From NCBI GenBank assembly GCA_012295275.1, contig CM022671.1, positions 32,860,001 through 32,924,000 on the forward strand: a DNA stretch of 64,000 nucleotides, written 5' to 3'. Below are positions 1 to 20,144 of this stretch, piece by piece (the stretch's first letter is position 1; each line of letters starts with the position of its first letter). A program made the position numbers and the translations under genes. The notes below the pieces were generated by a model. That model did not search any database, had not been told where the DNA came from, and saw nothing but the letters and a program-made list of their open reading frames with translations. Source of the stretch: Chrysomallon squamiferum. Lineage: Eukaryota; Animalia; Mollusca.

Positions 1-225
1 TCATATTAATTATTAAAGAATAAAATTAAAATAAACAAATATTTTATTTAACAATATGAACTTACATCAAAAAGACTAAACAAATACGACATGAAATCTT
101 TACATGCCAAATTAACAATTTCTTCAACATCTAATAAAAGAAAATATAAATATATGCATTCATTTATTTAAAGTGGAGATTTAGTCAATGTGTTCTAGGG
201 GTGTCATTAAAGAACTTATACACTA

Positions 226-4397
<4,172 letters not shown>

Positions 4398-4614
4398 GTT
4401 GACAACAAAAATTGATGAAGGGAGTCATCATCGCCCAAAATATTTTCATCAAACATATTACAATTAAGCGATACATATCTTAAAATTTCAAATGATATTA
4501 AACCAAAACATTTTACAAAATTAAATTATTTTGCAAATTATTTTTTTTTCTTAGGAGATGATCTTAGTTAATTTAGATACATGAACTACAAAAAATATCA
4601 TAATACCTCCCAAG
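4398..4614. promoter_or_regulatory. Bidirectional promoter HEATR6/COQ5
   Basis: Divergent ATGs are separated by only 217 bp. A YY1-like CAAGATGGCG overlaps the COQ5 start codon (4611-4620). Confidence 0.7.
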
Positions 4615-7764
<3,150 letters not shown>

Positions 7765-8610
7765 ATTAAAATATGCAGCCTGTTGACAATAACATGTTAA
7801 GTGTATGATGCATCTGAAAACATTAGGAGACATTCATTTTAGAAGTCTGGAGCTTATTTGAAGAATTCAAGCCATTTTAACACTGGTAGCAAATAAGTGC
7901 AGGCATTCAGATTTGTTAAAAATATAAAAATATATTTGTTGTCATATTTGTCTTTTATCTGCTGTATCTGTTAAGAATTACAGTTACTAAGTTAGGCATT
8001 ATATGAAGTAATGTGAATTTAAGGCAAACCTTGACATTTTGTCTTGACCTATTTAACAATATTATCTTTTAATTATTCTCTAGTAACTGAACATGTAGAT
8101 GCAATAAGGGAAGAATGTTTGGATATAAATCCCTGTCAACTTGAAATCCAGAGTACTGTAATTAATCATTATTTAATTTTAATATAAAATTAGTGATATA
8201 ATTAAATGAAATGTACAGTTTTATATATATATGTATGTATATACCAAAACAAAAAAAACAAAAAATTAATTTTAATTATATGCCACAGATCAATAAAATT
8301 ATTATTATAATAATAAACAGTAATCTTGTTGGTATGTATATAAGCATATATTCATACAAAAAAACCACAACTAACATACAAACATTACCCTCAACATCAA
8401 CAACAGTACACAGTAAACAAAACAGTAATAGGTAAAACTGATCTTAAATATATATTTTTATTAACAATGCATATTCATATGTATCAGATGTGCTTACAAA
8501 TGCACAATGCAAACATGATTAAAAGTTTTATGAGAAATGAGAGGAATTACTGTAATCTTTATTCATAAATGTCAAGTAAAAAAAAAAATATATATATATA
8601 TATATATCAA

Positions 8611-10364
8611 TTAAATTGTAGCAATTTCTTTAACAGCTATCCTTGACAAAATGCCACTGAGTGGTGATGAAACAGATAACTCTTCATCAGTTAGTTTGTA
8701 TATCTGAAACAAACAAAAATATATCAAAATCCAAAACAGTCAAGCATACTTGTATATACTATGAAAGTGACAGGTATTGTTGATCATTGCTACCAAACTG
8801 TTAAACTTAAAGCATGTTTTACTGAGTAACCTTCCTTAAATAAAATATTAATATGGTAAACTTATTTGAATATCAGGAAAGGATAAATTAATTAATGAAG
8901 TCAAATAAAAATAATATCTGTTAAATTATTAAGTAAATTTAGTTGAGATTTCCAGTTACTTTTTGCAAAAATACTAAACATAATTGTAAAAATAGTACCA
9001 GAGGTAACATGTCTGTAATTTATTTATCTGTATAAAAATAATGTTACTGTAGAAAATACCTTTTTAACTGTTGTCATGTCTGCTGTTTCTGCTATCTCGT
9101 TAATGTCACAGAGTTCACCTTGTACAATATCAATAATTTTTTTTAATACTTTACTATCATGGTCATCCACAATGACAATTAATACAGAGTTATCCTTATC
9201 TCCAGCTCCAAACATTCGGAAGGACTGATTTATCTGTAAATGACAAGAACATTATGGTATAAATGGTAAAATATGTATCATTCAATAATAGCAATACAAG
9301 ATTCTGCACATAACTATAATCATGCGTTGATGTATTTATCAAAATGAATTAGCAGTGATGATATTAATGTATTTTACTGGATTTATATAATCAAATATTA
9401 AAAATAACTGTTAAGTGTTAGGTAGGCATAAACCAAATAATAATGTGTATAAAACACCTACACTTTTAGATGGCGACAAACAGAAAATAATTTCTGAATG
9501 TACATTTTTGGTTATCATTTTTTCTTTCCTCTGAAAGTGAACTGCTTTATTTGTGGCTGTAATAGCTTGGAATGGATCAACAACCTGAAAAAAAATTATA
9601 TAAAAAATACAGCAAAATAATTTAAATTTTATTACTAGATGTCAAATATTTATTTTAAAGAATCGCTGATGTTGTGATGATACTGAGAGTGGGAATGTTT
9701 AATGCTTTCTTAAAAGAACAAATATTTTATATAAAGATGTACTCAACATAATTTGATAGTAATATGGTGTCATAGATACAGTTAAGGACTATAAAGATTG
9801 GCTTCTCCTTTTCGATTAGCAACATTCGATCTTTTAAATGCACTTTCTAACAGATAGGAAAACAGGCAACATCGCTACTGATAAAACTGAAAAGGAAATG
9901 ATATAATGATAATCATATACTGTATACTGTATAGTCACATAGTGTATTATGTATAATTAACTATTATGAGTTTAGCTTTTGGAACAGGTGGTGAATGATA
10001 CTAATACTCATCATACTGGATCAGGCCGAATGGTCAAGTTATCAACATGGTACCGAATGCGTTCTATTCATTTTATATATATATATATATAAAAATAGGA
10101 AGGAAGGTATATATATATATATATATATATATAAATGGCAATAAAAAAAGGAAGGAATAATTATAATGTCAATTTCTCTACAACTGAGAATTAAAAATGC
10201 TTTCTTACCACAGACGCTTTTATTAAAGCAAATTCAATAACGCCACTCATAACACATTGTCTCAATTCTTTAACATTGGCAACATTTCTGAATAAAGCTA
10301 GTGTCATCAATGAATCCGGATATATAGCATTTTTCAACTTCAAAATGTTATTGGTGGCTGCCAT
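8611..10364 (-). CDS. TPRKB: KEOPS/EKC complex subunit TPRKB (CGI-121), 4 exons
   Basis: Exons 10364-10209, ~9584-9462, ~9233-9060, ~8703-8611. They give LALFRNVANVKELRQ, VVDPFQAITATNKAVH, TKNVHSEIIFCLSPSKSI..F.MFG, IYKL...ILSRIAVKE; TAA at 8613-8611. Confidence 0.92.
9735..9860 (+). mobile_element. Degenerate interspersed repeat (SINE-like fragment) in TPRKB intron 1
   Basis: 9812-9839 (TCGATTAGCAACATTCGATCTTTTAAAT) matches 42432-42459 (TCGATTAGCAGCAAGGGATCATTTATAT) at 22/28. The family assignment is from memory of gastropod repeats and is unverified. Confidence 0.4.
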
Positions 10365-10653
10365 TTTTATTCTTTTCTTTGTAATTATCCTCCTATAATG
10401 AGCACCCGTGCATTGTGCATAATTACTTAATGAATAAAAAGATCAGAAAAAAAAGAGGAGAATTTAATTATTTTTGATTATATATAAGTAATAATTAATA
10501 TACTGAAATGAACAACAATTTTAAATGAATTAATAAAGGAAAACAAATATTTCTTTTCGGTATTCTACTTTCACTTCCTTGGAAGAACTCTCTTGTCAGG
10601 AAGATTTGTTTTTTCGTAATTTCAGAAGAGGTCCAGTTTCAAACAATATCATT
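10365..10653. promoter_or_regulatory. Bidirectional promoter TPRKB/PGAM5
   Basis: Divergent ATGs are separated by 289 bp. Contains TTTGTAATTATCCTCCT (10378-10394) and an ETS-like CACTTCC. Confidence 0.7.
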
Positions 10654-11080
10654 ATGTTAAAAAAGCTGCTCTCTGTCACTAAAAAATATGGAATTGGCGC
10701 TGCAAGTGCTGTAGCAGTGTTGGGTGTACTGTATTACGAAAAACAAATAAGACAAACTGACACAGCTTATACATCATGGACATCTAATTTTGAGCCCAGT
10801 GTTAGATGGAATTCAAACTGGGACAGGTACATGTACACATTGAAAGTGAAACAAATTTCAGTTTGTTTAAAAGAATTAATAGTAATACCTCAGTATAGAA
10901 ATACATAATTTAATTTAATTTAAATGATTTATTAAAGAATATAATACTTAAGAAATACGTAAATGAACGTTCAAATTAAAACTACATTTATGTTAGTATC
11001 TTTTAAAAACTGAATATATATTATATATATACTTTAGTTTAATAAATTATTTATGAAACAGCTGACATTTGGACAAACAC

Positions 11081-11143
<63 letters not shown>

Positions 11144-11418
11144 TATATATATATTCCATTTAATAATATTAAATATATATTTATTTTTATTTTTTTCTCT
11201 AGCCGAGATCCAGAAAGCTTAATTGAACCAAAAAAATTAGTAGAAAAATTTTCCAAAGATTACAAAAATATAGTAAAAACAAAATCTCCAACAGCTTCCA
11301 GACATCTTATACTCGTTAGACATGGTCATTACAATGTTAATGGATTAACTGACATGGACAGAGAACTAACTCAGCTGGGTAATAAATATGTGTTATACAC
11401 TGAGCTATGTGTGTGTGA

Positions 11419-11486
<68 letters not shown>

Positions 11487-13087
11487 CTAAAATCTTCACC
11501 TCATTATACAGATATTGGCTGTTAATCAAAATTGGAGTATCAACAAATTTCCTTTTTTTATTATCCATATTCCTTAACTATAACCTTAGATTAAAATTTA
11601 CAGTTAACCTATTTTTCTTTAATAAGTATTTTCTCACATTTCACAACCTTGTTTTATACAAATCGTTTTCATATTGTTTTGTTATCCTAATTGTAGCTAT
11701 ACAATTTTTCTTTCTCTAACTAATCCTTTGGCATACTGACACTGCCTTGGACAGACAATACAAGATCCTGGATAGGTTTCATCAGAGAGAATCATGTCTT
11801 AATTTTTGTTGGATATAAATGATCGATTATTATTACCGTTGCTGTTGTTAGTTATTATTATTAGTAATATTTTTATTATTATTATTTTAAGGCAGAGAAC
11901 AAGCAGATATCACAGGAAAGAGATTGAAAGAACTAAATAAACCATACACTGTCCTTATTTCATCCACCATGACAAGAGCTATAGAAACAGCTGACATCAT
12001 TCACAAACATTTATCACACCTCAGCATTGAACGCAATGATCTGTTGAGAGAAGGAGCCCCCATCCCTCCTGAACCTCCTGTTGGTCACTGGAAACCAGAG
12101 TATCATGTATGTTTACAAGTGATAATTCTGTTGTCTTTTAATTTAATGTGTTAGTTAGATTTATTTATTTTAATTAAATGAAAAAAAGAAAAGAAAAAGG
12201 AATTCAACTAATCCTGAAAAACATTCAAAGGTTATCAGTCCATTCAAGATTTAACAGCATTTATTCTGAGGTAAAAACTGACGTCACAGTAAAAGGTAAA
12301 ATGTTAGCCCCTTGATCTTGCTTCGTTATACTGTTAACAAAGTTTAGCCAATAATTAAAAAGAAATTAAAATAATTTTAAACATCATGTGAAAGTAACGT
12401 TATTTATTTAGACTATTCATTTCTAACATCAAAGCAAACCTTTAAATTATAATTACGATATTATTTATTTTTAAAACATTTTTTAGATAATGCACAAAAT
12501 GTTTTTTTTTTTTTTTACATTTTTGTTTGGAAGAAGTTTTATACAGATGGACCGCGAATAGAGGCAGCTTTCAGGAAATATTTTCATCGAGCTGATCCAG
12601 ATCAAAAGGAGGACACTTACCAAATAATAGTCTGTCATGCTAATGTCATCCGGTACCTTGTGTGCAGGTTGGTTTTAGGATAATAGTCATGACTGCTGTG
12701 CTAAAAACCATGATGTACATGTGTTTATACGTGTATTCCTCTCTGTGATTCTTTCAGATTCTATTGCAAATATCTTTTCTGCTCATAAAATTGTTTGCAA
12801 TATTTATCAATAAACTGACGATTTATTTTGCTTATATATTGGTCTGTGTTGTGACCCGAGTGTTTATGTATGGGTAGGCATCTTTTTTTTTTTGTAGTAA
12901 TTTATTTATTTATGTATTTATTGTGTTATTTTTCAGAGCTCTGCAGTTTCCTCCTGAAGCATGGTTGCGGCTCTCACTGGCACACGGCAGTTTAACTTTT
13001 GTAACAATAAGGCCCAGTGGAAATGTCAGTATTCGTGGTTTGGGAGACATTGGTCACATGCCAGTTGACAAACTTTCTTACTATTGA
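10654..13087 (+). CDS. PGAM5: Mitochondrial Ser/Thr/His protein phosphatase PGAM5 (5 exons)
   Basis: Exons 10654-10826, 11203-11378, 11892-12106, 12534-12667, 12937-13087. N-terminal TM segment, WNSNWD (WDxNWD motif), [66 protein letters not shown]. Confidence 0.96.
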
Positions 13088-13743
13088 TGAAGGATGTGGC
13101 TGTTATTTTAATGTAATAAAAAGAACAAAACCAAACTTACTTGCTTCTATTTTTTATTATAAATTAATGTTTGTGGACTAATATCATTATTATTAGATAC
13201 AGTAATGTATGTGTATACTAGTATTGTTGAAACCAGTGCTAAAATAAAAACAGTGATTCCCCATAAAAGCAAGTTTTGTTTCTGGTTTCATTGCAAAAGC
13301 ATCATGATTAAATTTTTGAATTTATTTAATGTGTGAAGTCTGTTTGGTTAATTCTTAGTGCCACTGTTGTATTAACTTTCAGTATTAATAATCAGTGTAT
13401 CATTTTATTATCCAAGCATGCTTTTCATTGCTTTGGGTTTATGATTTTATGATAATCTGTATAATTATAATATTATTATTGCTGAGATCATATTCATCAT
13501 CATCAGCACCACAGTGAATAATGTTCATTTATTATCATTTTTTTAAATAGTGAATAGTAAACAAAATGACTGAAATGCAGTGTCACATTTCTTGATTTGG
13601 CTAAACTAGAGTTCAGTAAGATTAAAAATGTAAAATATGACATAATCTGTTATAGTACACCAGATGTTGTGCCCGTTAATAAATTAATACATCGTATGAC
13701 TTAAACATAAGTTATTTTTATTATTATTATTATTATTATTATT

Positions 13744-13800
13744 AATTTAATTTAATTTAATTTAATTTAATTTAATTTAATTTAATTTAATTTAATTTTA
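13744..13800. repeat. (TTTAA)n microsatellite following an (ATT)n tract
   Basis: Read directly from the sequence, just upstream of the KCTD gene. Confidence 0.9.
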
Positions 13801-13891
13801 ATTATAATTGAGAACATGCCGACTCCAGGCATTTCAGAATACAATTAGAGTTATTCCCCTTAACATGTAAATAAAAATAAACAAAATAATT

Positions 13892-15255
13892 ATGGCAGAC
13901 GATATTAACCTGATTACTTCCTCGATTGAAAATGCTCGTATTACAGTAAGTTTAAACAGCCAGTCATAATGCACAGGTGTTATTTAATATTATTTATAAA
14001 AATACAAACGTTAATTTGTTCAGTTGCATCGTGACAATCGTTTCAATTCAACAAAGAACTGTCAAATAATCCAGTATTCAGCTATATCTGAATTATGAAT
14101 ATGGAATAGTTATTATGGATAAATAATCAGTATTAAGTCATCAGTGTAGACGCATGACTATTTATACAGTGGCGATTCAGTCTAAACGTTATCAACAATA
14201 ATCAACTTAACATTGTTTAAGTCCTAAACAACAGCACATAATCTTAAGCTGCAATTATTAGTCATATTCATTTTGAAACACGATGTAATACTTTAATACA
14301 TCATCACAATATTATAATAAAAAACAAATAAATAAAAAGTTTAAAATATTTTGTTTGTTTTATTTTATTTTTAAATATGTATATTTTTTAAAACTTTATC
14401 CAAAAATTACTAAATATGTGATAGGATATTTATTTATTTTCTTCCTTAATTATTCATATTTCATTGTAGTTCCCTAGTGTTATCAATCTTAATGTTGGAG
14501 GATGCTTGTTTGCCACACGACTTTCAACGCTCACAAAACATTCAGAATCTATGCTTGCTACAATGTTCAGTGGAAGGCATGAACTAGACAAAGACAGTAA
14601 TGGAAATTTTTTCATTGACCGAGATGGAACTTATTTCAATCACATTCTTAACTTCCTTCGACATGAAGATCTTCCACCAGTTGAAATTGCTGAATATGTT
14701 TTGCATGAGGCTATATATTATGGTATTGATTCCTTGGTAGATATTTTGAAAAATTCCCCAGCTCTGTTCACTGAGTATGTTGTAAGAGAAAGCATCAGAA
14801 GAAAACTTAGAGACTATGAAAGGATAAAATATGATGTTATCTCTATGGCAAGAGAACAAGCAGTGGAGAATAGTGCTACAGTGTCAAAAGTACTTCTGGT
14901 CTCTACAAAAAACCAATCTATTCCTAGTAACTTACAGTTTTCAAGACAAGTTCATAAACAGTTTTATAAAAGATTTAAAACATATCCAACTTTTGAATCT
15001 TGTTATGGAAAGTTTTGTGTTTATTTCCCAGCAGAGTATGTAGAAGGACCACCAGATAGTGTGATGGATTTAGTTGCTGGCTGTCTCATGCATGACTTCA
15101 AAAAAGAAGGTTACAGAGGACATTACAAGTCTCTGAGTGTTTTGGAAGATGACAACAAGATCAAAACAATTACATGGAGTGATGAAGATTTCCATGTATC
15201 CACCAGTTGTCATGAGTTCACTTTTAAATGGATAGACACAGTTGTTGCTACCTAA
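13892..15255 (+). CDS. BTB/POZ (T1) domain protein, KCTD7/KCTD14-like (2 exons)
   Basis: Exon 13892-13945 (GTAAG donor) plus exon 14470-15255: FPSVINLNVGG.LFATRLSTL..SMLATMFSGRH..FFIDRDGTYF..ILNFLR..DLPP..EAIYYGI, closest to remembered KCTD7. Confidence 0.88.
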
Positions 15256-16794
15256 GTGGTACAGTACAGTACAAACTTCAAAGCTGTTAACCACATAAAT
15301 TTTATATTTTTATATTAATATTTTGTAATAATTTTATAATGATCTCAAATATAATCATTTGAAGAATATGCAAGAAACAAAATTTTAAATTAATTTCTTA
15401 AATAGGTAAATTGATGTCAAATGTAAAATATTCATATTTTTCTTTAATCATGTGTTACCAGAGTTATGTATATTTTAATTCATGACTTTATCAGTTTTGA
15501 TCATTTAAAAGATCATAGTCTGAAAATTCCAGCACTTTTAAAGCTTTACATCTTTTTGCATTATCATGTTTCAGAAAATCTTTTTGTTGGGAAATTAATT
15601 ATGTATCTTTGTTTTACGTTACATGTGCAAGTCAGATGTCAGATGATTATTGTTTGTTAAGTTGTGTTAAATGCAAATGTGTTCTCACATTTTGTTAGTT
15701 TATATGTTTTCATTGTTACACAACCATTTTTCTGGATGTGTATATGCTTACTGATTTATAATTTATTAATAATTGTTAATATATTTTACATTGTATATAA
15801 ATATATAAATTTACTTACTCTTAACTTTTACACTACAAATGACATTTTATCAACATAACTGGAAAGGAATGATAATATTCACTTAATGTTTTAATGGTGA
15901 ATAAATAGTTTTTTAAATTCTTGTTTTCCTTTTTTAACCTGTTGAATTCAAATTCTTTTTATTAATTTTATCTGGAACATGCTCTACACATTTATCTATA
16001 ATTAAGAAACCAACAGTTTCTGTTGATACATAATTCCAGTTAAACAGCTGTGTATTCAGATTTTACATGTGCCTTGTTAAAGGTAACACGATTGAGAGAA
16101 AACAAGTCTTTTAATAATGATAACTGATTTAACCAACTCCTGAATTGGAAAAAAAAGTTACAAAAATTTAATAAATTAAATTACAAAATAAAATTCAATT
16201 AAAATGTTTTATTTAATAATAATTTAATTTGGAGAAATTCATATTTAGAGTAGCTTATTGACTGCAAAGCAATCTGACAGCTTTAAATTGCACTGATCAG
16301 ATTTCCAGGCAAACTGTAGAAACAATTCAGCACACACTATCCTTGAGTTCAACAGAACACATTTGGAATTTGCATTGCCAGCCTTACCATACTGGAAACT
16401 GTGTGTTTATGTATAAAGTGAGCTAGAAATTAACTGTGCTGAAAGCTGTAGATCAGTGGCAGCTGATGATGCTCATTGATACACTCCAATGAAGCATCCT
16501 AGCAAAAGAACACTGGGTTGTCAAAATCTAATTTATGTATACCTGGATGGTGTATCTTCTACAATTCCTATTTATGAACTGATATCCCTTTTGCACTGAA
16601 ATTTTACGGTTGTACATTTTCAGTTTTAGAAAACCATTTTGACAGAATTATATTACTATAAATAATTAAATCAGATCAATTGTTTTATCTTTAATTATTT
16701 TATTTTAACATTCCAACTAGTTATTGATACTATATGTTGATACTAAAAAAAAAAAAATAAACTGCAAAAAGTCTGGTTGTTTGTGGCAGGATTA

Positions 16795-17079
16795 TCAAAC
16801 CACTTTTAAAGGGTCAGAATCAGTCTGTGAAACAATGATATCAATGTCGTCATGAAGTAAGTCTTTCAGTTTGTGTCTCAGAACACTAAGATAACCACGT
16901 TCCGTGTTGCTGTGTTCACAAAGAATCACATTGGATCCATTGTGGACAGCATTGAGAACTTCATGATGGGACATTTCTCCAGTGACTAACAAGTCAGCTT
17001 TGACACCCCTCATTACAGATGCTCCAGATCCTGCACATACTGCCACTTTAGAGATCTTGTCAACATCTATAGAAATGAA

Positions 17080-17112
<33 letters not shown>

Positions 17113-19535
17113 GTTACTTAAACCTGTAAATTATTTGCAGAAATATGCAAGAAGTTTCTTTAAATATTATTAAAAATATTTACACAAAAAATATACAAGT
17201 TTCAGTGAACAAACTTTATAATATATCAATGAGGAAATAATCTAATTACTCAAACTTTATAAATTACTCAAATAGATTTATAGTAAAGAGAAATAGCACT
17301 TTAAAATAATAGAGTACAAAAGATGTCAAACTGCATTCCCACCCATGCTCTAAATTGGAAAAACAAAACTGTTTGTGGTTTTCTGTTAGAATACAAAAGG
17401 GCCAATGAAAACAATGAAACATACTGATCCATGGTCTAGAAAATGTAAGGAAAAGAAGTGAACTCTAATAAATTAATTATAAAAACCAAGAATAAAGTTT
17501 TACAATATTTGTTATATTTAATTAAATAAATGGTTATTCCCACAACCTGGTGCTCTTGCTACCCTGACATGTTCCAGTTTCAGATGTTTTTTCACAAGGT
17601 TGACAGCTTCATCCAGGGTAACTGATGACATCAGAGAACCAATTCTTCCCATACCATACCCAGGAAGTGGTACCTGAAAAATGAAATACAGATGAAAAAA
17701 ATCCTATGTAATTATATTAATAAATTTATTATTATTAATTATTCTTATTGTTATAACAAAACAAATAATAATCAGAAATTCTGAGTAATATTGAATGCTA
17801 TTAATAATTTATTTATTTATTTATTTAAATTAATTTAACTATTTCTTAGAAAAAACATCAAGATTGTAAATATGGTTTTATGATAATCTGATTTGATATT
17901 GCATACATGAAATATTTTTTCTATTTGCCAATAATAAACTGAAACAATACCTTCCCAAATTCTCTGCAATCCACAGAAATAATATCTGACTTCAAAGTGT
18001 TAAAGGCAGCAAATAGTCGAGACAGGTCACATCTCTTGCACAGATAGGTGATGTTTACAGTTTCAGAATTCTGTCTGAAGAGAACAGTGCCATTGATAAC
18101 AGTGTAAATGTGGATTATTTAAAACAGTTACAGTTATGAATGAAATTATAAATATGTAATAAAAATAAATCTTAGGTAAAATATTGCAAGGAAATTTTGT
18201 TTTAAAAAGAGAAAGATATTACATATGCAGCTATCCTTCAACACTAAACCAAAAGGACTGGTCTTTTACCAAAGACCAATAAGTATTTTTTTACATTTTT
18301 AAGTCTGAGAATTTAGTCATAATACAGATATGTTTACTTACATCAAAATGCTGAAGCTATTTGATTTAAACACATGTATTTTATTTTATTTTATTATATT
18401 TATTTATTTATATTTTGTAATACTACTACTATTACTACTACTACTTGTTATTATTATTATTATTATTTTTTTTTTTTTTTTTTTTTTTTTACCTGACTGA
18501 AGTGAAAATGTTCTGTTTTCCTAATTTAGATTCTATTATGGAAGACAATTCCAACTGTTTGCCAGTATTAACAATGACTTCAACTTGATGTGTGTAGTCA
18601 CCAGATGATGAGAATGTCTGTTCAACAGGATTCACAGAAGTCAGTTCTAGAAACAAAAAAGTATGTACATTTTTTCAAAGCTATTCTTTCTTTGAACCTC
18701 CTTTGATTGGACACATGCAAATTTAATCAAGAATAAAGATATTTTAATCCATTACCAATATAATGATTAATAATAAAAATGAGACATCTAAAACTAATAA
18801 AATAATCATTTTAATATTTGTTTTTGTTTAAACTGGTTATATTTTTCTTGTTGCTATATTTAATTAAAAAAAAAAATTTGTTATAAAAATGCTACTGCTG
18901 AAAATAATACCAAAAGCTTGAATTAGCCAGTCGTTAACTCCTCCTTGTAAGGCATCATAGCATGTGTGCGGTGAATAAACAGCAATTCTACTTTCAATAC
19001 ATTTCACAATCAGTTTTTCTTTCCATGACTGCTGGGTAAGACGTTTTAATGGTGTAAATATTGGAGGATGGTATGATACAATTAAACCAACTTTTTTCTG
19101 GACTGCTTCACTAAGAGTTTCGGGTGTTAGATCGTTCGTCAGAAAAATTGTTTTCACGACATGTGGGGAACTTGGCTGAACTAACAAACCAACATTGTCC
19201 CAGGTTTCAGCCAAACTAATATTGGCAAACTCGTTGAACTTGTTAATAATTTTTCTTAGATCCATTTCACTTTCAGCATTTGAAACTGGTATACTATCAG
19301 TAGAAATAATCGAAGGATTGGTTTCTGATGAAAAGCTAACCCAAGGTCTACGATTTCCTTCTAGTTCTAAATTTAAATCAGTCTTAGATCTATCACTTAT
19401 TCCTCTTCTAAATGCAGATGTATTGTAAATTAATGAAGGAAAAAACAACTGTCGCGTTCGGATACAACAAATACCATGAACACTACTGGTGTTTGTTAGC
19501 CACTGTATTGATTTGGGAATTATTTTATAAATCAT
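16795..19535 (-). CDS. NIF3L1: NIF3-like protein 1 (DUF34 family), 5 exons; two in-frame starts (19535 and 19265)
   Basis: LAETWDNVGLLV, FLTNDLT, IVSYHPPIF, AVYSPHT..D...GVNDWL, GMGRIG, VAVCAGSGASV, TGEMSHHEVL, LCEHSNTERGYL, SQTDSDPL. Intron phases are consistent. Confidence 0.95.
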
Positions 19536-20144
19536 TTAAACAAGTACTCTTGAAGTGAATCTTAGGAGCAAAGGAGGATAATTACAAATGAAAAACAATT
19601 TCATTTCCGGACTAACAGGAAATCTTAAGAATTACCAAAAACTAATTCTAACAGTTTGTTTGTTTGTTTGTTTGTTTTTGTTTTACAGCTGCTTCATTCA
19701 TAACACTACAATTAACTTTATATAATGATAATGATAAATAACAATTAATCAACCCTAAGATTGAATGAAAGTTGAATCGATAAACCAAGGGAAATAACTC
19801 TGAACTGTGTCGTCTGCTTGTCTCAGTTCCCATTAATGAAAGACATCAAGTAATATTACATTTTCTCTTATTATTTTATGGATAGTAAATAATTATATAA
19901 AATTGCCAGTCGTTTCGGAGATTTAAAAAAGTTATTATTATTAAAAGAAATCATCGTTTTATTATTGGAGGTTTTTTTTTTTGGGGGGGTCGTTTTTCTT
20001 TTTTTTTCTTCGAATATGAACTTAATCATGCTACATTTTGGATACGATTGATTTGATTTCATATCAAGAGTTTCAGCTAAAGCAGATGCACCTTACTATT
20101 GTTAAGAACGATATACACTGATATTATATAAGAAAAATTACACT
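19536..20144. promoter_or_regulatory. Bidirectional promoter NIF3L1/SIRT4
   Basis: Divergent CDSs ~610 bp apart. Contains AGGAGGATAATTACAAA (19572), ETS-like TTTCCGG and CAGGAAAT (~19605-19623), AAGGGAAATAACTC (19787) and TCGTCTGC (19810). Confidence 0.65.

Noticed and set aside
10389-10394. Shine-Dalgarno-like AGGAGG upstream of the TPRKB ATG
   Set aside because: The gene is a spliced nuclear gene and the spacing (~24 nt) is wrong; it is better read as part of the shared promoter 17-mer.
16468-16498. Iron-responsive element or SECIS in the hairpin
   Set aside because: There is no CAGUGN loop with a C bulge, no SECIS core geometry, and no in-frame Sec UGA in the neighbouring genes.
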